A DNA stretch of 64,000 bases from Isurus oxyrinchus. Taxonomy: Eukaryota. The stretch lies in contig JANJGN010000018.1 of assembly GCA_026770705.1 (NCBI GenBank), positions 41,106,001-41,170,000 on the forward strand, given 5' to 3'. Both the position numbers and the translations under genes were made by a program. Under the pieces are notes generated by a model. It ran no database searches, was not told the DNA's origin, and saw only the letters and a list, made by a program, of their open reading frames with translations. This document shows positions 37,701-50,848 of this stretch, in pieces (within the stretch, counting starts at the first letter, position 1; the number at the start of each line of letters is the position of its first letter).

Positions 37701-38330
37701 AGGTGTATTTACATATGTAGTGATGATTAGAGAGAGGCTACATCAGTGTCATGTAAATCATTTGCTTGAAAGGGGAAACAGACAAAGGGAGGGCAGTGGA
37801 AGACTCCTGTAGTCCAAATTCCTCCCACAATGCAAACAGAAGTCAAAGAAACTGAAAGTTCGCCACTAATCCAGAGTCCACTGGCAGAGCAAAGTCAGGA
37901 TCTTTGATTAGTACACTAACCAATGTCACAGTCCCAACCATTCAGTGGAAATGGTAGCCAAGGTCAAAGTTAAGGTTTGATACAGTCAAAGATGTTAAGA
38001 GAGCAGAGTAAAGCTAATGGAAATGGAAGGAGATACCCAGGTAGAAAGAGAAAAGGAGCCAAATAGGTTCATGAATGTATGTAGGACGGAAGAAGAAAAA
38101 AGTTGTTCCTTTCAATATTTCTTGTCAGGTTAAAATTTTTTAGTAAACACATACATTTCACATGTAAATTACTTTGGTAGTAGTAATGTGTGGTTGTGAT
38201 TACAGTAAAAACAAGTCTACAACCCAATTTGTTAAACTTCAGATATTGTTATTATTGATTGTCATTGTATTCTGCAAAATTATGTGTATTAAAATGTAAA
38301 ATGGTACAAGTTTTTAAGTGGAGAATATAG
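34774..38330 (+). mobile_element. Gypsy (Mag/K02A2.6-like) LTR retrotransposon internal remnant: gag, protease, integrase; RT absent
   Basis: PBS-like tggcagtgagg; gag ETVADYILELKKLACHCGYG; paired Zn knuckles (..CYACGKVSHIQVEC); SLMGRDWFK; HTNANVLSRFP; integrase RNELSVSQDCLL..VVIP, LVLVDSYSKW, FPYRITPQSTTGCSPYEL; purine-rich tract near 38315. Confidence 0.85.
35119..35432. mobile_element. Tigger/pogo-like MITE (Tigger4/MER46-like ends) inside Gypsy gag
   Basis: TA-caggttgaatatcc ... ttttggataaaacatactcgacctg-CA; subterminal sequence resembles Tigger4-type ends. Confidence 0.7.
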
Positions 38331-38479
38331 TATTTTGCAAGATCTGAGCATTTTGTTATATTGCCATTTGTTCAATAGTGACCACCTGCAGCTGACCAGT
38401 GTTAGTCTGCAATATATAGCACTAAGTCATTTACATAAATTAAAAACAGTACTGTAACTAACACAGAGCCAAGGTATTT

Positions 38480-38960
38480 CACTCAGAACTTTCTCCAAAC
38501 TCTCATTCTGACAACTTCTCTCATGAGCAGTCATTTCCTACCACTCAATAAGTTTTTTTTAAAAGCCATTCGTAGATTTATCCTAAATCCCCACAGCTTT
38601 AAAAGTTTAAAATAAACCTTTGCAGAAAATTTATCAAAAGCCTTTTAGAAGTTGAGGTATGCCACAACATGGGACTTGTCATAATCTATTTGGGTTGTCA
38701 GTTTCTCAAATGAAATCAGATAGGAATATGCTCTACTGCATCCATGCTCTCTGCTGTTTACTAGGTTGCTGCTGTCCAGATGATGCTCACGTTTACTCTT
38801 GATAATATTATGTTACATGGAATGGAAACAAGACTCACGGGTCTTTACTTGCTCTTGTCTGCTCCATCTTTTCTGAATATAGGTACCACCTACAATCTAC
38901 TGGTACTTTTTTTAATGTCCAATGGCTCCCTTGTAGCTACAGTCAATGACTGCAGATGTG
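38480..38960 (-). mobile_element. Old CR1 RT remnant
   Basis: ttatcaaaagccttttagaagttgaggta (reverse complement Y.NF.KAFDK) and surrounding RT-like sequence. Confidence 0.55.
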
Positions 38961-40975
38961 TTCCCTCATTGCTCCAAGATAAATATCACCTAACCCTGAG
39001 GAATTATTTGTTTTGAGGCCAAATATCCCACCTAGAAGCTTTAAGCCTATTTATTAGATATTAATTTTACTTTTATCATCATTGGTTGGAAACAGAATGC
39101 TGTTCTTATCTTCCCTTGTAAACATTTGAAAGAGAGGAGAGAGAAAGAGAGGGAGAGGGAGAACACACCATTAACAGCAATACACAAGGGAGGGCAGCAA
39201 CATCAGCAGAACACCAAAGAGAAACGCCATTATCTTCAACACCTAGGGGAAAGCAGCACTATTATCAGCAACACAGAGAAGGTAAAAGCACAATAGGTGC
39301 TCTCATACGTGTTAAAATTGGGGTATTAAAATTTTCTGAGCTCAACCACTGCCGAATCACCAGGCACAGGAAATTTGACTCTCCTGATTTTAATAGCAAA
39401 TTAGCAAGTATTGCAGTGTTGCTAAGAGTTGAACTATCCCAGTCTGCTAGAGAGCAGTACTGTTCCCTCATTCTTGAAACACCATATGTCAAATGGAGCT
39501 CAATCAATAATGATAAATCATTTACATATTTGACAATCTGTACCCTGAGCATTGCAGGAAATGACTACATTTAAAAATTGTCAGGGGCTTTCTAAAATTC
39601 TGAATGTGTTGCTCTAGACTGGGAAGTGAAGTAGCTGATCTGGAGAAAAATAAAATATTGGCACTTTAAGAGCATTGATTATAGCAACATTTAGTTTGCT
39701 TACAAGGAAGAGAAACAGTACACTGGTGATTCATTTTGCTTGAAATCATCGATACACAGATTCAGGAACTTAACCTATTACGAAAACACATGGAGGATCC
39801 CATGATTTATAGAGAAGGCAGATAGGTTTAAATGTTGCAGTTCACATTTCCTAGTTGAGGCTCAGATCTCTGCTTGATTAAGGGCTGGTGTCTCAATGCT
39901 GAAAAAGTCTAATTCACAGGATAGACTGGAGCAAAGGCACTTAACTTATTTGATAGCATCCTTTAGAGTATGAATTCTCCCATTATAACACTAGCTATTT
40001 CTTATATTACTCTGCAGACAGCTTTCCTACCAAACCTCTTTCCTACCAAAGCTCTTCAATAAAATGTCAAAAAAAAGTTAAAACATTTTGTATGAACTGA
40101 AAAGTCCCTAGATTCCAAATGAAATTTAGGAAACTCCCCAACCAGTGAACAGTTCCTCATCTGGGAGGAGTAAAAAAAATTGTATTCTTAGGGAATAAAA
40201 ACCATCCCTTAAACTATCAAAATAAAACACTTCCTCAAATATGTGACAGCTATTCTGATCAACATCAATAGAAAGAACGTGATAAAACTTGTACCTCCAA
40301 TTTTAAGATAAAGCATCATAATTCCACAAGGAGAATAGACACAGATCTCTCTCAGAAACCAGAACTTGTTGCCTATTAATAAGGACTGACCAATATCCTT
40401 TGCTTCAGTTTCTACCCAGTATTAAAAGATTTTTTTTTAAAACTACTAACACTCATTCCCAGCCCAGTGAAAGATTATTAAAAGTCATTTGATGACAGAA
40501 ATAAGTATGAATCAGTCTTGGGCCCATTCCTCTCAATATTAAGAATGTAATATTGAGAACCTGGTGTTCTCAATCCTGGAGACACTAATCAACATAATTT
40601 TAGCGTGTAGAGATTGGAGGGAGGTTTGTTGCCTGAAAATCTTAAAATTTGGATTGCAGTTCTGTCAAATCACCATCAACATCTTAGGGGTTACCATTAA
40701 CCAAAAACTGAACTGGGCCAGCCACAAAGACTATGGCTACAAGAGCAGGTCAGAGGCGGGGAATTCTGTGGTGAGTAACTCACCTGACTTCCCAAAGCCC
40801 GTCCACCATCTACATGGCACAAGTCAGGAGTGTAATGGAATATTTTCCGCTTGCCTGAATGAGCGCGGCTCCAATAACACTGAAAAAGCTCGATACTATC
40901 CAGGACACAGCAGGCCCCATGATTCCACCACCTTAGGCATTCACTCCCTCTACCATCAATGTGCATCACCTACAA

Positions 40976-41545
40976 CAGGGCTTTCCAAAATGTGGGTCAC
41001 GACTCCCCCCCCCTCCACCCCCCCGCATTGGGCACACAAGACAAGATTTAGGGGTCACGAGCTCTGAGGCAGCAATGGCTGCTGTGGAGTTCAGACTGAA
41101 TGTTAACAGCTGCACGGTCCCTTTAAACCCTCTCAGATTTTTCCAATGGTGGTTGTGGCCTAACTGACCAATCGAGGCCTGATACCCTCTCCAAAGAAGT
41201 CAGTGAAAAGGCAGGTAATTTTATTTTAAAAACCCAGCAGTTTAAACAACCCCTGCCCTTGCTCTCACAGCTCGCTCTATCCACCCACTACCCCTCCCCA
41301 CCTCCCTCCCTCCCTCTACCACCCCTCCCCCCTCCCTACGCCCCCCCCACCCCCCTCCCCACGCCCCCCCTACCCCCCCTCCCCCTCCCCACGCCCCCCT
41401 ATCCCCCCTCCCCACACCCCCCTACCCCCCTCCCCCCCCTCCCTACCCCCCCACACCCCCTCCCCCCCTAACTCACATTCTGAGGTCCCAGCAATTTTCA
41501 AGCCTCAAAATGTGGTCATAGTGGGAAAATGGTTGGGAAGCACTA
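40976..41545. mobile_element. hAT-type MITE with 8-bp TSD, inserted in a LINE 3' end
   Basis: TIRs cagggctttccaaa / gttgggaagcacta; TSD acctacaa (40968-40975) / atctacaa (41546-41553). Confidence 0.8.
41280..41470. repeat. C-rich low-complexity tract (G-rich on the PTGFRN sense strand)
   Basis: Runs of C3-C8 separated by 1-3 nt, inside the hAT MITE. Confidence 0.9.
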
Positions 41546-42039
41546 ATCTACAAGATGCATTGCAGTGACTCCCCGTGGCTCCTTCGACAGCACCTTCCAA
41601 ATCCGTGACCTCTACCACCTAGAAGGACAAGGGCGCAGATGCATGGGGGACACCAAGATGTGCAAGGTACCCTCCAAGCCACACACCATCTTGCCTAGGA
41701 ACTGTATCGCTGTTGCTTCTCTGTCACTGTATCAAAATCCTAGAACTCCCTTCTTAACAGCACTGTGGACTGCAGTGGTTCAAGAAGGTGGCTCACCATT
41801 ACCTTCTCATGGGCAATTAGGAATGGGCAATAAATGCCGACACCCACACCCCATGAAAGAATTTTTAAAATTCTTCATTCTGGTGCTGGAATGTATGAAC
41901 AGAGCTTTGAAAAGCTTCCTCACGTGCAAGTATTAGGATTGCATTGAGTAATTCCTTAAGAGTATCAAGTGCACAATAAGAATAAAAAGAGAGGGAGGAG
42001 GGGGCGGAGAAAAATCACAAAGATTAAAAATCTGAAAAT

Positions 42040-42315
42040 GCCAATTTTAATGAAGTAAGCTCCCACAAATAGCAACAAAATAATGACCAGATAATCTGTT
42101 TGCTGTGGTTGGTGAAGGATAACTATTAGCTAAGACACCAGTGAGAATGGTGTCATTCATGGAATGTGCACATAGCTGACAAGGTCAGCATTCATCGCCC
42201 ATCATTTCTTCACATCATACCATCGAATCTTTAATGTCCACTGGAGGGGCATTTGGGGTCCCAGTTTAATGTCTCAACTGAAAAACAGTGCCTTCATCAG
42301 TACAACAGTCCTTAA
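42040..42315 (-). mobile_element. Deu-domain SINE fragment
   Basis: Reverse-complement similarity to the 63600-63800 Deu domain. Confidence 0.55.
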
Positions 42316-45300
42316 ATATTTGTGACTCAGGAAGTAAGTAAGGAAGGTCAAGGTGTGGTGGGAAGTGGATACAAACTTTTCTATTATATCCATGAAGTTC
42401 CATCATCCTATAGAAGCAGAAAGATTCATTTATCCTATTCTGAAAACCCACACCCACATAGCATATAGCGGAATTTATTACACTCCTTGTTTTGATAGAG
42501 GCTTGACACTTGTAATGGAAACAGTCACATGATGGTGGTGGCAGAAGGTAGTGAAGTAGATCCTTAGAGCTTTGTGCTTGTTATCTCAATCCTGAGTTTA
42601 GTCCATTAGCCAACATTCGCTCATGATACTGTGCAGCAAGCACTTGGCCCCACTCAAAGATTTCACTATAGTTTGTTCTGCCAGTGCTTGCAACTGAGTC
42701 AGAAAAATGAATAAGAGTCTAGGCAGTTATTGGGGTTCAGTATTTCCAATTAACCAGACAACTAAATGCTTACATAGGAACATGTTTCCCATTTCAACCA
42801 GAAATGTGCAGACACTGCACTAAATTCAAACAATGTGACCATAAATACTTTGCATTCCTCAAAAGTTATCCATCTGGCTCAACAAGAATTAGGCAAAGAA
42901 ATTCAGTATTCACGAATGTGTCTCTGCCAATGTTCCCAGTGAGTTCACTGATGGTTTTGTTTCATAACAAACAATATAGATTTCAAAAAGGCAAACAATT
43001 GTGGCTGAGTAGAAATAACTGTATTAATTTAAGCCTTGGGAGGAGCCCATCTGGTCAGCCCTTTACTCTAATCCCATTTCCCTGTCCTTTGTTCATCTAT
43101 TACATTCTGCCTTTTCAAATACTGTCCAATTCCCTCTTAAAATGATGTTACAATCTTTGCATCAATAGTCATTTGTGATAAAGCATTCCAGATTCTCAAA
43201 CTTTATTTCCCCCAAACTTATGTACCGCCTGCAAAATGTGGGAAGTCTGAGATGCTCTTTGCGCTCTGACGGACATGTGCAGTAAGTGCCACCAGCTGCA
43301 GCTACTTGAGATCCGAGTTTCGGAGCTTGAGCGGCAGCTGGAGGCACTGAGGTGTATCCGCGAGGTGGAGAGTTTCGTGGATAGCATGTTTTTAGGCAGG
43401 TGCTTACGGAAGTGCAGGCAGAAGGGGAATAGGTGACCATCAGTCAGAAGGAAGATGTCAGACAGGTAGTCAGGAAATCCCCAGGGTGCATCTTGCTCGA
43501 GAACCGTTTTTCTGTGTTGGAAAACGGTGAGAGTGACGGTTCCTCTGGGGAGTGTAACCATGCTCATGGCACTGAGTGGTTCAGCTGCACGGGCAGGGGG
43601 GAAGAGGGGAAGGAAAAAGTGGGCAAAAGCTATAGTGGTAGGAGACTCAATAGTAAGGGGAACAGACAGCCGTTTCTGCGGCCGTAGATGTAACTCCAGG
43701 GTGGTATGTTGTCTCGCTGGTGCCAGGGTCAAGGATGTCTGCACAGCATTCTAAAGGAGGAAGGCAAACAGACAGAGATTGTGGTACATATCGGTACATA
43801 GGTAGAAAGAGGGATGAGGTCCTGCAAACAGAATTTAGGAAACAGATTAAAAAACAGGACCTCAAAGGTAGATTACTTCCAGTGCCACATGCTAGTGAGT
43901 ACAGAAATAGGAGGTTAGTCCAGATGAATGCATGGCTGGAGAGACAGTGCAGGAGGGAGGGCTTAAGTTTCTGGGACATTGGAACCGTTTCTGGGGGCGT
44001 TGGGACCTGTACAAGGTGAACAGGTTGCACCTGAACCACAATGCGACCAACATCCTTGCAGGGAGGTTTGCTAGTGCTGTTGGGGAGGGTTTAAACTAAC
44101 TTAGCTGGGGGATGGGATCCTGAGAGGAGGTTCAGCAGGGGGAGATGCACAGCCAAAATTAGTGAGCAAGTGAGTCCGGAAGGCATAGAAATTATAGGCC
44201 AGTTAGGGCACAAGGGAGCTTGGCAAGGTTGGATGGTATTTATTTTAATGCAAGGAGTCTGATGAATAAGGCAGATGAGTTGAGGGCACAAATTAACACA
44301 TGGACGTATGATGTCATTGCTGTCACAGAGACATGATTGAGAGAGGGGCAGGATTGGCAGCTCAATATTCCAGGATATAGGGTCTTCAGGCGAGACAGAG
44401 GATGTAGTAAAAGAGGGGGTATTGCAATATTGATCAAGGAATCAATTACAGCAGTAAGGAGGGATGACATTTTAGAAGGCTCTTCAAATGAAGCCATATA
44501 GGTAGAACTGAAAAACAAAAAAGGAGCAATCACATTGCTGGGAGTACTATAGGCCCCCAAACAAACAGTCAGAGAGAAATAGAAGAGCAGATATATAGGC
44601 CAATTTCAGGGAAGTGTAAAAATAATAGGGTAGTAATAGTGGGGGATTTCAACTTCCCCAACATTAACTGGATTAGTCATAGTGTGATAGGTTTCGAGGG
44701 AGCGAAATTCTTTAAACGCATCCAGGAGAGCTTTTTAATCCAGTACGTAGAAGGTCCTACAGAGAGGTCCTGGACTTAATTTTAGGGAATGAAACCAGGC
44801 AAGTGGTAGATATATCAGTGGGGGAGCATTTTGCAGATAGTGATCATAACTCTGTTGAATTCAAGGTTGTTATGGAAAAGGACAAGGATAGACCAAGAAT
44901 CAGAGCTCTAAGTTGGGGGGGGATGCTGATTTTAATAATATCAGATATGATTTGGCCAGAGTGGACTGGGAGCAGCTACTTTTAGGTAAATCTGCATCAG
45001 AGCAGTGGGACTCACTCAAGAATGAAACAGGCCAACATAGACAAAAGGTGGGACCAGCAAGTCCAGGGAACCCTGGATTTTGAGGGATATACAGGATTGG
45101 ATAAGGAAAAAAAGGGAGGCTTATGGCAGATACTGAGTGCTCAAAACAGCAGAAGCCCTGAAGGAGTATAGAATGTGTAGGGAGGAACTTAAAAAGTATA
45201 TTAGGAGAGCAAAAAGGTGGCATGAAGAAACAATTAGCAGGTAAAATAAAGGAAAATCCAAAGTTATTTCACAAGTACATTAAAGAGTAAGAGGATAACT

Positions 45301-46250
45301 AGGTAAAGAGTCAGGCCCATTAAAGACCATGGTGGTAATTTGTGTGTGGAGTCGGAAGACGTAGGTAGGTTTCTAAATGAATACATTGTGTCAGTGTTCA
45401 CAAGTGAGAGGGACAATGTGGGTATGGAAATCAGGTGGAAGTACGTGATATAATTAAAGAAATTAGCATAGAAAGGGAGGAGATTCTAAGTGGTCTGGCA
45501 GGCTTAAAAGTAGATAAATCTCTGGGCCCAGATGAAACATATCCCAGGCTGTTGAGTGAGGCAAGGGAGGAGATAGCAGGGGCACTGGCAATAATTTTCA
45601 ATACCTCTCTGGCCACAGCAGAGGTGCCAGAGGACTGGAGGACAGCCAATGTGGTACTATTATTCAAGAAGGGAGGAAGGGATGAACCAGGGAACTACAG
45701 GCCAGTCAGTCTAACCTCAGTGGTGTGGAAACTATTGGAAGCAATTCTGAGGGACAGATTAATCTACACTTGGAGAGGCAAGGATTAATCAAGGACAGTC
45801 AGCATGGTTGTGTTAAGGGGAGGTCATGTCTGACCAATTTGATTGAATTTTTCAAAGAGGTGACCAGGTATGCAGATGAGGGCAATGCATCTGATGTAGT
45901 CTACTTGGACTTCAGCAAGGCTTTTGATAAGTCTCCCACATGGGAGACTGATAACGAAGGTAAGAGCCCATGGGATCCAAGGCAATTTGGAAAATTGGAT
46001 CCAGAATTGGCTGAGTGGCAGGAAGCAGAGGGTGATGATCGAGGGGTGTTTTTGTGACTGGATGCCAGTTTCCAGTGGAATTCCACAGGGATTGGTGTTG
46101 GGTCCCTAATTGTTTGTGGTATATACGAAGGATTTAGACTTGAATGTAGGATGGTTGATCAGTAAGTTCGCGGATGACACAAAAATTGGTGGGGTGGTAA
46201 ATAGTGAGGAGGGTAGCCTTAGATTACAGGAGGATATAGATGGGCTGGTC

Positions 46251-46342
46251 AGATGAGCTGATCAGTGGCAAATGCAATTTAATCCGGATAAATGTGAGAT
46301 GGGCTGATCAGTGGCAAATGGAATTTAATCCGGATAAGTGTG
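46251..46342 (+). repeat. 46-bp tandem duplication inside the outer CR1 RT
   Basis: agatg(a/g)gctgatcagtggcaaatg(c/g)aatttaatccggataa(a/g)tgtg at 46251 and 46297. Confidence 0.9.
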
Positions 46343-46473
46343 AGGTGATGCACTTGGGCAGGACAAACAAGGCACGGGAATACACGATGAATGGTAGGAC
46401 CCCAGGAAGTACAGAGGATCAGAGGGATCTTTAGTGTGCATGTCCACCAGTCCCTTAAGGTAGCAGCACAGGT

Positions 46474-46692
46474 CCAACAGAGGGCGCTGGTTAAAGTGAC
46501 TGAAGCATTCTGGGAGAAGTCAGTGCAGTCACCACGACTCAGGAGGGAACCGAGGAGAAGGACTCTTGCATTCAACAGGAGGAAGGGCATCCAACAGAGG
46601 GTGCTGGTGAAAAGTGGCTAAAGCATTCTGGGAGAAGTCAGCACAGTCACGACTCAGGAGGGAATCAAGGAGAAGGACTCTTGCACTCAACA
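46474..46692 (+). repeat. Two 117-bp tandem units at the 5' end of the inner CR1
   Basis: ccaacagaggg(c/t)gctgg...aagcattctgggagaagtcag...gactcaggagggaa...ggagaaggactcttgca(t/c)tcaaca, starting at 46474 and 46591. Confidence 0.9.
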
Positions 46693-49600
46693 TTTGAAAA
46701 AGAGCGCGGATCTTGAAGGCAGGTCAATTGAAAAAGAGCGCAGAGATTGAAAATAAAAGGAGGGGAAGCTGAAGAGGAGGGGCCAGCCTGTGAGCGGCCA
46801 GTGTGTGAGCAGCCCAGTGAAGGAGTGGAGCTTTGAGGTTTTGGCTCGAGAGGCTTCGGCGAGCAGAGGCTGAGGACGAGCTTGCTCCCAATGGGGTAGG
46901 GCCGGGCAAAGTCCTTCAAGTAAATTAGGAGTAGGTAATGGAGGCAGCAGTTGGGGCAGTCGAGTGCTCCGAATGCAGCATGTGGGAAGTCATGGACAGC
47001 ACAAATGTCCCTTATGACTACACCTGCAAAAAGTGCATCCAGCTGCAGCTCCTAAGAAGCCAAGTTAGGGAACTGGAGTTGGAGCTGGATGAACTTTGGA
47101 TCATATGGGAGGCAGAGGCAGTAATAGACAGGAGTTTCAGGGAGACAGTCATCCCTAAAAGTCAGGAGGCAGGTAGCTGGTTGAATATCAGGAGAGGGAA
47201 GGGGAATAGATAAAGAGCAGAGCACCCCTGTGCCCGTTCCCATCAACAATAGGTATACCATTTTGGATACTGTTGGTGGGGGCGACCTACCAGGGACAAG
47301 TTGTAGTGGTCGTGTCTCTAGCACCGAGGCTAGACCCTCAGCTCAGAAAGGAGGGAGGGTAAAGAGGAGAGCAGTAGTGATAGGGGATTCGATAGTTAGG
47401 GGGACAGATAGAAGGTTCTGTGGGAGAGATCAAGAATCCCAGATGGTCTGTTGCCTCCCTGGTGCCAGGATCCGCGATATCTCAGATCGAGTTCTCAGTA
47501 TTCTCAGGAGGGAGGGTGAGCAGCCAGATGTCGTGGTCCATGTAGGGACCAATGACATGGATAGGAAGGAGGAGGAGGTCCTGCAAAGAGAGTTTAGGGA
47601 GTTAGGTGCTAAGTTGAAGGACAGGACCTCCAGGGTTACGATCTCAGGAGTGCTACCTGTGCCACATGCTAGTGAGGCTAGAAATAGGAGGATAATACAG
47701 CTAAATACGTGGCTAAGGAGATGGTGCAGGAGGGAGGACTTCATGTTTCTTGACAATTGGGCTCTGTTCCAGGGAAGGTGGGACCTGTTCCAACAGGATG
47801 GTTTGCACCTGAACTGGAGGGGACTAACATCCTTGCGGGTAGGTTTGCTAGTGCTGCTCCAGGGTGTTTAAACTAGATTTGCAGGGAGAGGGGAACCAGA
47901 GTGTTAGAGCAGATAGTGAGGTGGAGGAGGATAAAGGTCAAGCAAGGAATGCATGTATAGACAGAAATCAAGGGTCTGTACATGATAGAAATGTTCTCAG
48001 GTGCATCTATTTCAATGCAAGGAGTATTGTCGGAAAGGCAGATGAGCCTAGGGCATGCACTGGCACGTGGGATTACGACATTATTGCTATTAATGAGATT
48101 TGGTTGCAGGTGGGGCAGGACTGGCAGCTCAATGTTCCGGGGTTCCGTTGTTTCAGATGTGATAGAGGGGGAGGGATGAAAGGGGGAGGAGTGGCATTAC
48201 TAGTCAGGGAAAATATCACAGCTGTGCGTAAGCAGGTCAGCCCGGAGGGCTCGTCTACAGAGGCCATCTGGGTGGAGCTGAGGAATGGGAAAGGTGTGAC
48301 CACACTAATAGGGTTGTATTATAGACCGCCCAATAGTCAGAGAGAATCGGAGGAGCAAATCTGTAGAGAGATAGCAGACCAATGTAAGAAACAGAAAGTT
48401 GTGATAGTAGGAGATTTTAACTTTCCACATATTGACTGGGACTCCCATATTGTAAAAGGGCTGGATGGCTTAGAGTTTGTCAAATGTGTTCAGGAAAGTT
48501 TTCTAAATCAATAATACAGAGGTACCAACGAGAGGGAACCAGACAGGTCAGGTGACAGAAGTATTGTAGGCGAACATTTTGGGTCCAGTGACCACAATGT
48601 CATTAGTTTTAAGCTAACTATGGATAAGGATAGGTCTGGTCCTCAAGTTGAGATTCTAAATTGGAGAAAGGCCAATTTTGTGGAAATGAGAAAGGATGTA
48701 GGAAGAGTGGATGGGCATAAGTTGTTTTCTAGCAAGGATGTGTTCAGTAAGTGGAAGGCATTCAAAGGCGAAATTTTGAGAGTGCAGAGTTTACATGTTC
48801 CTGTCAGGATTAAAGGCAAAGTGAACAGGCATAAGGAACCTTGGTTTTCAAGTGATACTGGCGATCTGGTTAAGAAGAAGAGAGAGGTGTAGCGCAGGTA
48901 TAGGCAACAAGGAGCAAATGAGGTACTCGTTGAGTATAGAAAATGTAAGAAAATACTAAAAAAAGGAAATCAGGAAGGCAAAAAGAAGACAAGAGGTTGC
49001 TTTGGCAGATAATGTGAAGGTAAATCCGAAGGGTTTCTACAAGTATATTAAGAGTAAAAGGATAGTAAGGGACACAATTGGTCCCCTTGAAGATCAGGGT
49101 GGGCGTCTATGTGTGGAGCCTCACAAGGTGGGGGAAGATCTTAAACAGTTTTTTTGCATCAGTATTTACTCAGGAAACTGGCATAGTGTATAAGGAAGGA
49201 AGGGAAACAAGCAGTAGTTTCATGGAACATATAGAGATTAAAGAGGAGGAGGTGCTTGCTGCCTTACAGCGAATAAAGGTAGATAAATGCCCCGGGCCTG
49301 ACATGATATTCCCTCGGACCTTGAGAGGGAGACTAGTGTAGAAGTTGCAGGGGCCCTGGCAGAAATATTTAAAACGTCCTTAGCCACGGGTGAGGTGCCG
49401 GAGGATTGGAGGGTAGCTCATGTTGTTCTGTTGTTTAAAAAAGGCTCCAAAAGTAAACCAGGTAATTACAGGCCAGTGAGCCTGATGTCAGTAGTAGGTA
49501 AATTATTGGAAGATGTTCTGAGAGATCAGATATATAATTATTTGGACAGCCAAGGGCTGAATAAGGATAGTCAGCATGGCTTTGTGCGTGGTAAGTCGTG

Positions 49601-50848
49601 TTTAACGAACCTTGTAGAGTTTTTTGAGGAGGTTACCAAGAAAGTAGATGAAGGAAAGGCTGTGGATGTTGTCTACATGGACTTTAGTAAGGCCTTTGAC
49701 AAGGTCCCACATGGGAGGTTAGTTCAGAAGGTTCAGACACTTGGTATCCATGGAGAGGTTGTAAACTGGATTCGAAATTGGCTGTGTGGGAGAAGACAGA
49801 GTGGTAGTGGATGATTGCTTCTGAGACTGGAGGTCTGTGACTAGTGGTGTGCCTCAGGGATCTGTGCTGGGACCACTGTTGTTTGTTGTCTATATCAATG
49901 ATTTGGATGATAATGTGGTGAATTGGATCAGCAAGTTTGCTGATGACACTAAGATTGGAGGCGTTGTGAACAGCGAGGAAAGCTTTCAAAGCTTGCAGAG
50001 AGATCTGGACCAACTGGAAAAATGGGCCAGAAAATGGCAGATGGAATTTAATGCGAAAAAGTGTGAGGTGTTACATTTTGGAAGGTCAAACCAAGGTAGG
50101 ACATACACAGTAAATGGTAGGGCACTGAGGAGTGCGGAGGAACAAAGGGATCTGGGAGTTCAGATACATAGTTCCCTGAAAGTGGCGTCACAGGTAGACA
50201 GGGTTGTAAAGAAAGCTTTTGGCATACTGGTCTTCATAAATCAAAGTATTGAGTATAGGAGTTGGGATGTTATGGTGAGGTTGTATAAGACATTAGTGAG
50301 GCCAACTTTGGAGTATTGTGTGCAGTTCTGGTCGCCTAACTACAGGAAGGATATCATTAAGATTGAGAGAGTGCAAAGAAGATTTACTAGGATGTTGCCG
50401 GGTCTTAAGGAATTGAGTTACAGGGGAAAGATTAAACAGGTTAGGACTTTATTCCTTGGAACGTTGAAGAATGAGGGGAGATATGATAGAAGTTTACAAA
50501 ATTATGAGGGATATAGACAGAGTAAATGCGAGTAGGCTCTTTCCACTTAGATTAGGAGAAATAAACACAAGAGGACATGGCTTTAGGGTGAAAGGGGAAA
50601 GGTTTAGGGGGAACATTGGGGGAACTTCTTCACTCAGAGTGGTGAGAGTGTGGAACGAGCTACCATCTGACGTGGTAAATGCGGGTTCACTCTTAAGTTT
50701 TAAGAATAAATTGGGTAGATACATGGATGGGAGAGGTCTGGAGGGTTATGGACTAGGTGCAGGTCAATGGGACTAGCGGAATAATATTTCAGCACAGACT
50801 AGAAGGGCTGAATGGCCTGTTTTCTGTGCTGTAGTGTTCTATGGTTCT
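46474..50848 (+). mobile_element. Inner near full-length CR1 (5' tandem units, ORF1, ORF2), disabled by stops and frameshifts
   Basis: ORF1 ECSECSMWE..CKKCIQLQLL..ELELELDEL and GDS/GA/GTND/DGLH esterase motifs; ORF2 APE and RT (FADDTK); tail gttctatggttct; flanked by aggt (46470-46473, 50849-50852). Confidence 0.93.

Larger units (their letters stand above)
40670..41870 (+). mobile_element. 3' end of a CR1-group/Jockey-like LINE (same family as 61680-63290)
   Basis: catctacatggcacaagtcaggagtgtaatggaatattttcc...gggcaattaggaatgggcaataaatgc matches the reverse complement of 61690-62330. Confidence 0.8.

Noticed and set aside
34690-38460. Paired LTRs for the Gypsy remnant
   Set aside because: Sequence before the PBS-like site does not visibly match sequence after the purine tract, so LTRs are not called.
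41259-41471. Proline-rich (extensin-like) ORF
   Set aside because: Translation of a C-rich low-complexity tract inside a MITE.
47864-50776. Active, intact CR1
   Set aside because: ORF1 has an in-frame stop and ORF2 is broken into at least seven pieces, with a deletion near 48530.
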